Positions 63,355 to 64,000 of a stretch of DNA of 64,000 nucleotides are shown here, in pieces. Numbering within the stretch: the stretch's first letter is position 1; every line of letters begins with the position of its first letter. Position numbers and translations under genes: made by a program. The stretch comes from a virus. The stretch is from IMG/VR virus record IMGVR_UViG_3300042549_005813. One strand, written 5' to 3'. The notes under the pieces were generated by a model that was not told the DNA's origin, made no database searches, and saw nothing but the letters and a program-made list of their open reading frames with translations.

Positions 63355-63423
63355 AGTACTAAAGTACTACTGTTGTAGGTTAACAACAACATGGTTGCCA
63401 GTTGGTATTATTTCTGATATAAT
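63355..63423 (+). promoter_or_regulatory. Composite promoter carrying both AGTACT boxes and the TGTTG-N8-CAACA operator
   Basis: AGTACT 63355 and 63363; TGTTG-N8-CAACA 63371-63388; TTGCCA(63395)-17-TATAAT(63418). Confidence 0.75.
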
Positions 63424-63455
63424 ACTTGTATTGATTGATTGAAAAAGGTTTTGTA

Positions 63456-64000
63456 ATGATTCTCAATAGCGCACCTCAAGCAGAGGCCATTCTTTCCAAT
63501 GTTGGTGAAATCGGTGAGTTCCGTATCCGTAATTCAGCAAAAGCATTTAACATTCTTTCCAGCGGTTTGTACGCCAATAAGATTAAGGCGATAATTCGTG
63601 AGCTGTCATGTAATGCCATTGATAGTCACACCGCAGCAGGCACCACACAACCTTTCGAGGTGCACCTGCCAACCACACTAGAACCGTGGTTTTCTATTCG
63701 TGATTTTGGCACTGGTTTGTCACATGACCAAGTAACCAAAATTTACACCACATATTTTGAATCAACCAAAACCGAATCTAATGAGTTTATCGGTGCTCTT
63801 GGTCTTGGTTCAAAATCTCCGTTCTCTTATACTGATAACTTCACTGTCACTGCCATTCAAAATGGCCGCAAAGGCATTTACTCTGCCTTTATCAATGACG
63901 TTGGTGTGCCATCTATTGCTCTGATGGGTGAAGAAGCGGTATCAGAATCTAATGGTGTTGAGGTAAAATTCTCCGTCAATGACAGGTATGACTTTAGTAA
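63456..64000 (+). CDS. rIIA: rIIA protein (GHKL ATPase N-terminus), 3' truncated by window
   Basis: AFNILSSGLY, IIRELSCNAIDSH, IRDFGTGL, STK and GALGLGSKSPF motifs. Confidence 0.88.
   Translation, partial: MILNSAPQAEAILSNVGEIGEFRIRNSAKAFNILSSGLYANKIKAIIRELSCNAIDSHTAAGTTQPFEVHLPTTLEPWFSIRDFGTGLSHDQVTKIYTTYFESTKTESNEFIGALGLGSKSPFSYTDNFTVTAIQNGRKGIYSAFINDVGVPSIALMGEEAVSESNGVEVKFSVNDRYDFS

Noticed and set aside
55078-63423. CRISPR or other guide-RNA array formed by the AGTACT repeats
   Set aside because: The repeats are short, dispersed and tied to promoters, with no regular repeat-spacer period and no cas-like gene
1-64000. Alternative genetic code (stop-codon reassignment)
   Set aside because: Core genes are full length in code 11, all three stop codons terminate genes, and there is no suppressor tRNA

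Overview
This window is a 64-kb piece of a large, AT-rich T4-like (Tevenvirinae/cyanophage-style) myovirus genome in the standard genetic code. The host is probably a proteobacterium, inferred from the IscU/IscA, PBP7-like and GH19 genes. Layout: regA (partial) and hsp20; a ~10-kb island with 29 tRNA genes covering all 20 amino acids, one degenerate tRNA-like gene, several unexplained structured RNAs and accessory enzymes; the replication core (gp43, uvsX, gp41); a glycosyl/methyltransferase cluster; candidate internal-head proteins; lysis genes; iscU/iscA, primase, thyX, nrdA/nrdB and rnh; then a hypervariable early region of small ORFs with repeated promoter cassettes, ending in a partial rIIA. 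The main finding sits directly upstream of the tRNA array. A leaderless 36-codon ORF (3558-3668) contains all 20 amino acids in 30 different codons, and its 3' end can pair with the 5' arm of the following intrinsic terminator. This is the architecture of a ribosome-mediated attenuator that could switch on phage tRNAs when any host tRNA becomes limiting, for example after anticodon-nuclease defence. Other notable signals: rrn-type boxA elements ahead of the tRNA operons; a dnaX-type -1 frameshift cassette at 29562; five tandem DnaA boxes at 56807-56869; a ROSE-like thermometer before hsp20; non-canonical tRNAs; ligase, nucleotidyltransferase and kinase enzymes carrying capsid-targeting-like N-termini; and two families of repeated operator-promoter motifs. 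All calls were made by eye from motifs, with no database searches or folding programs.
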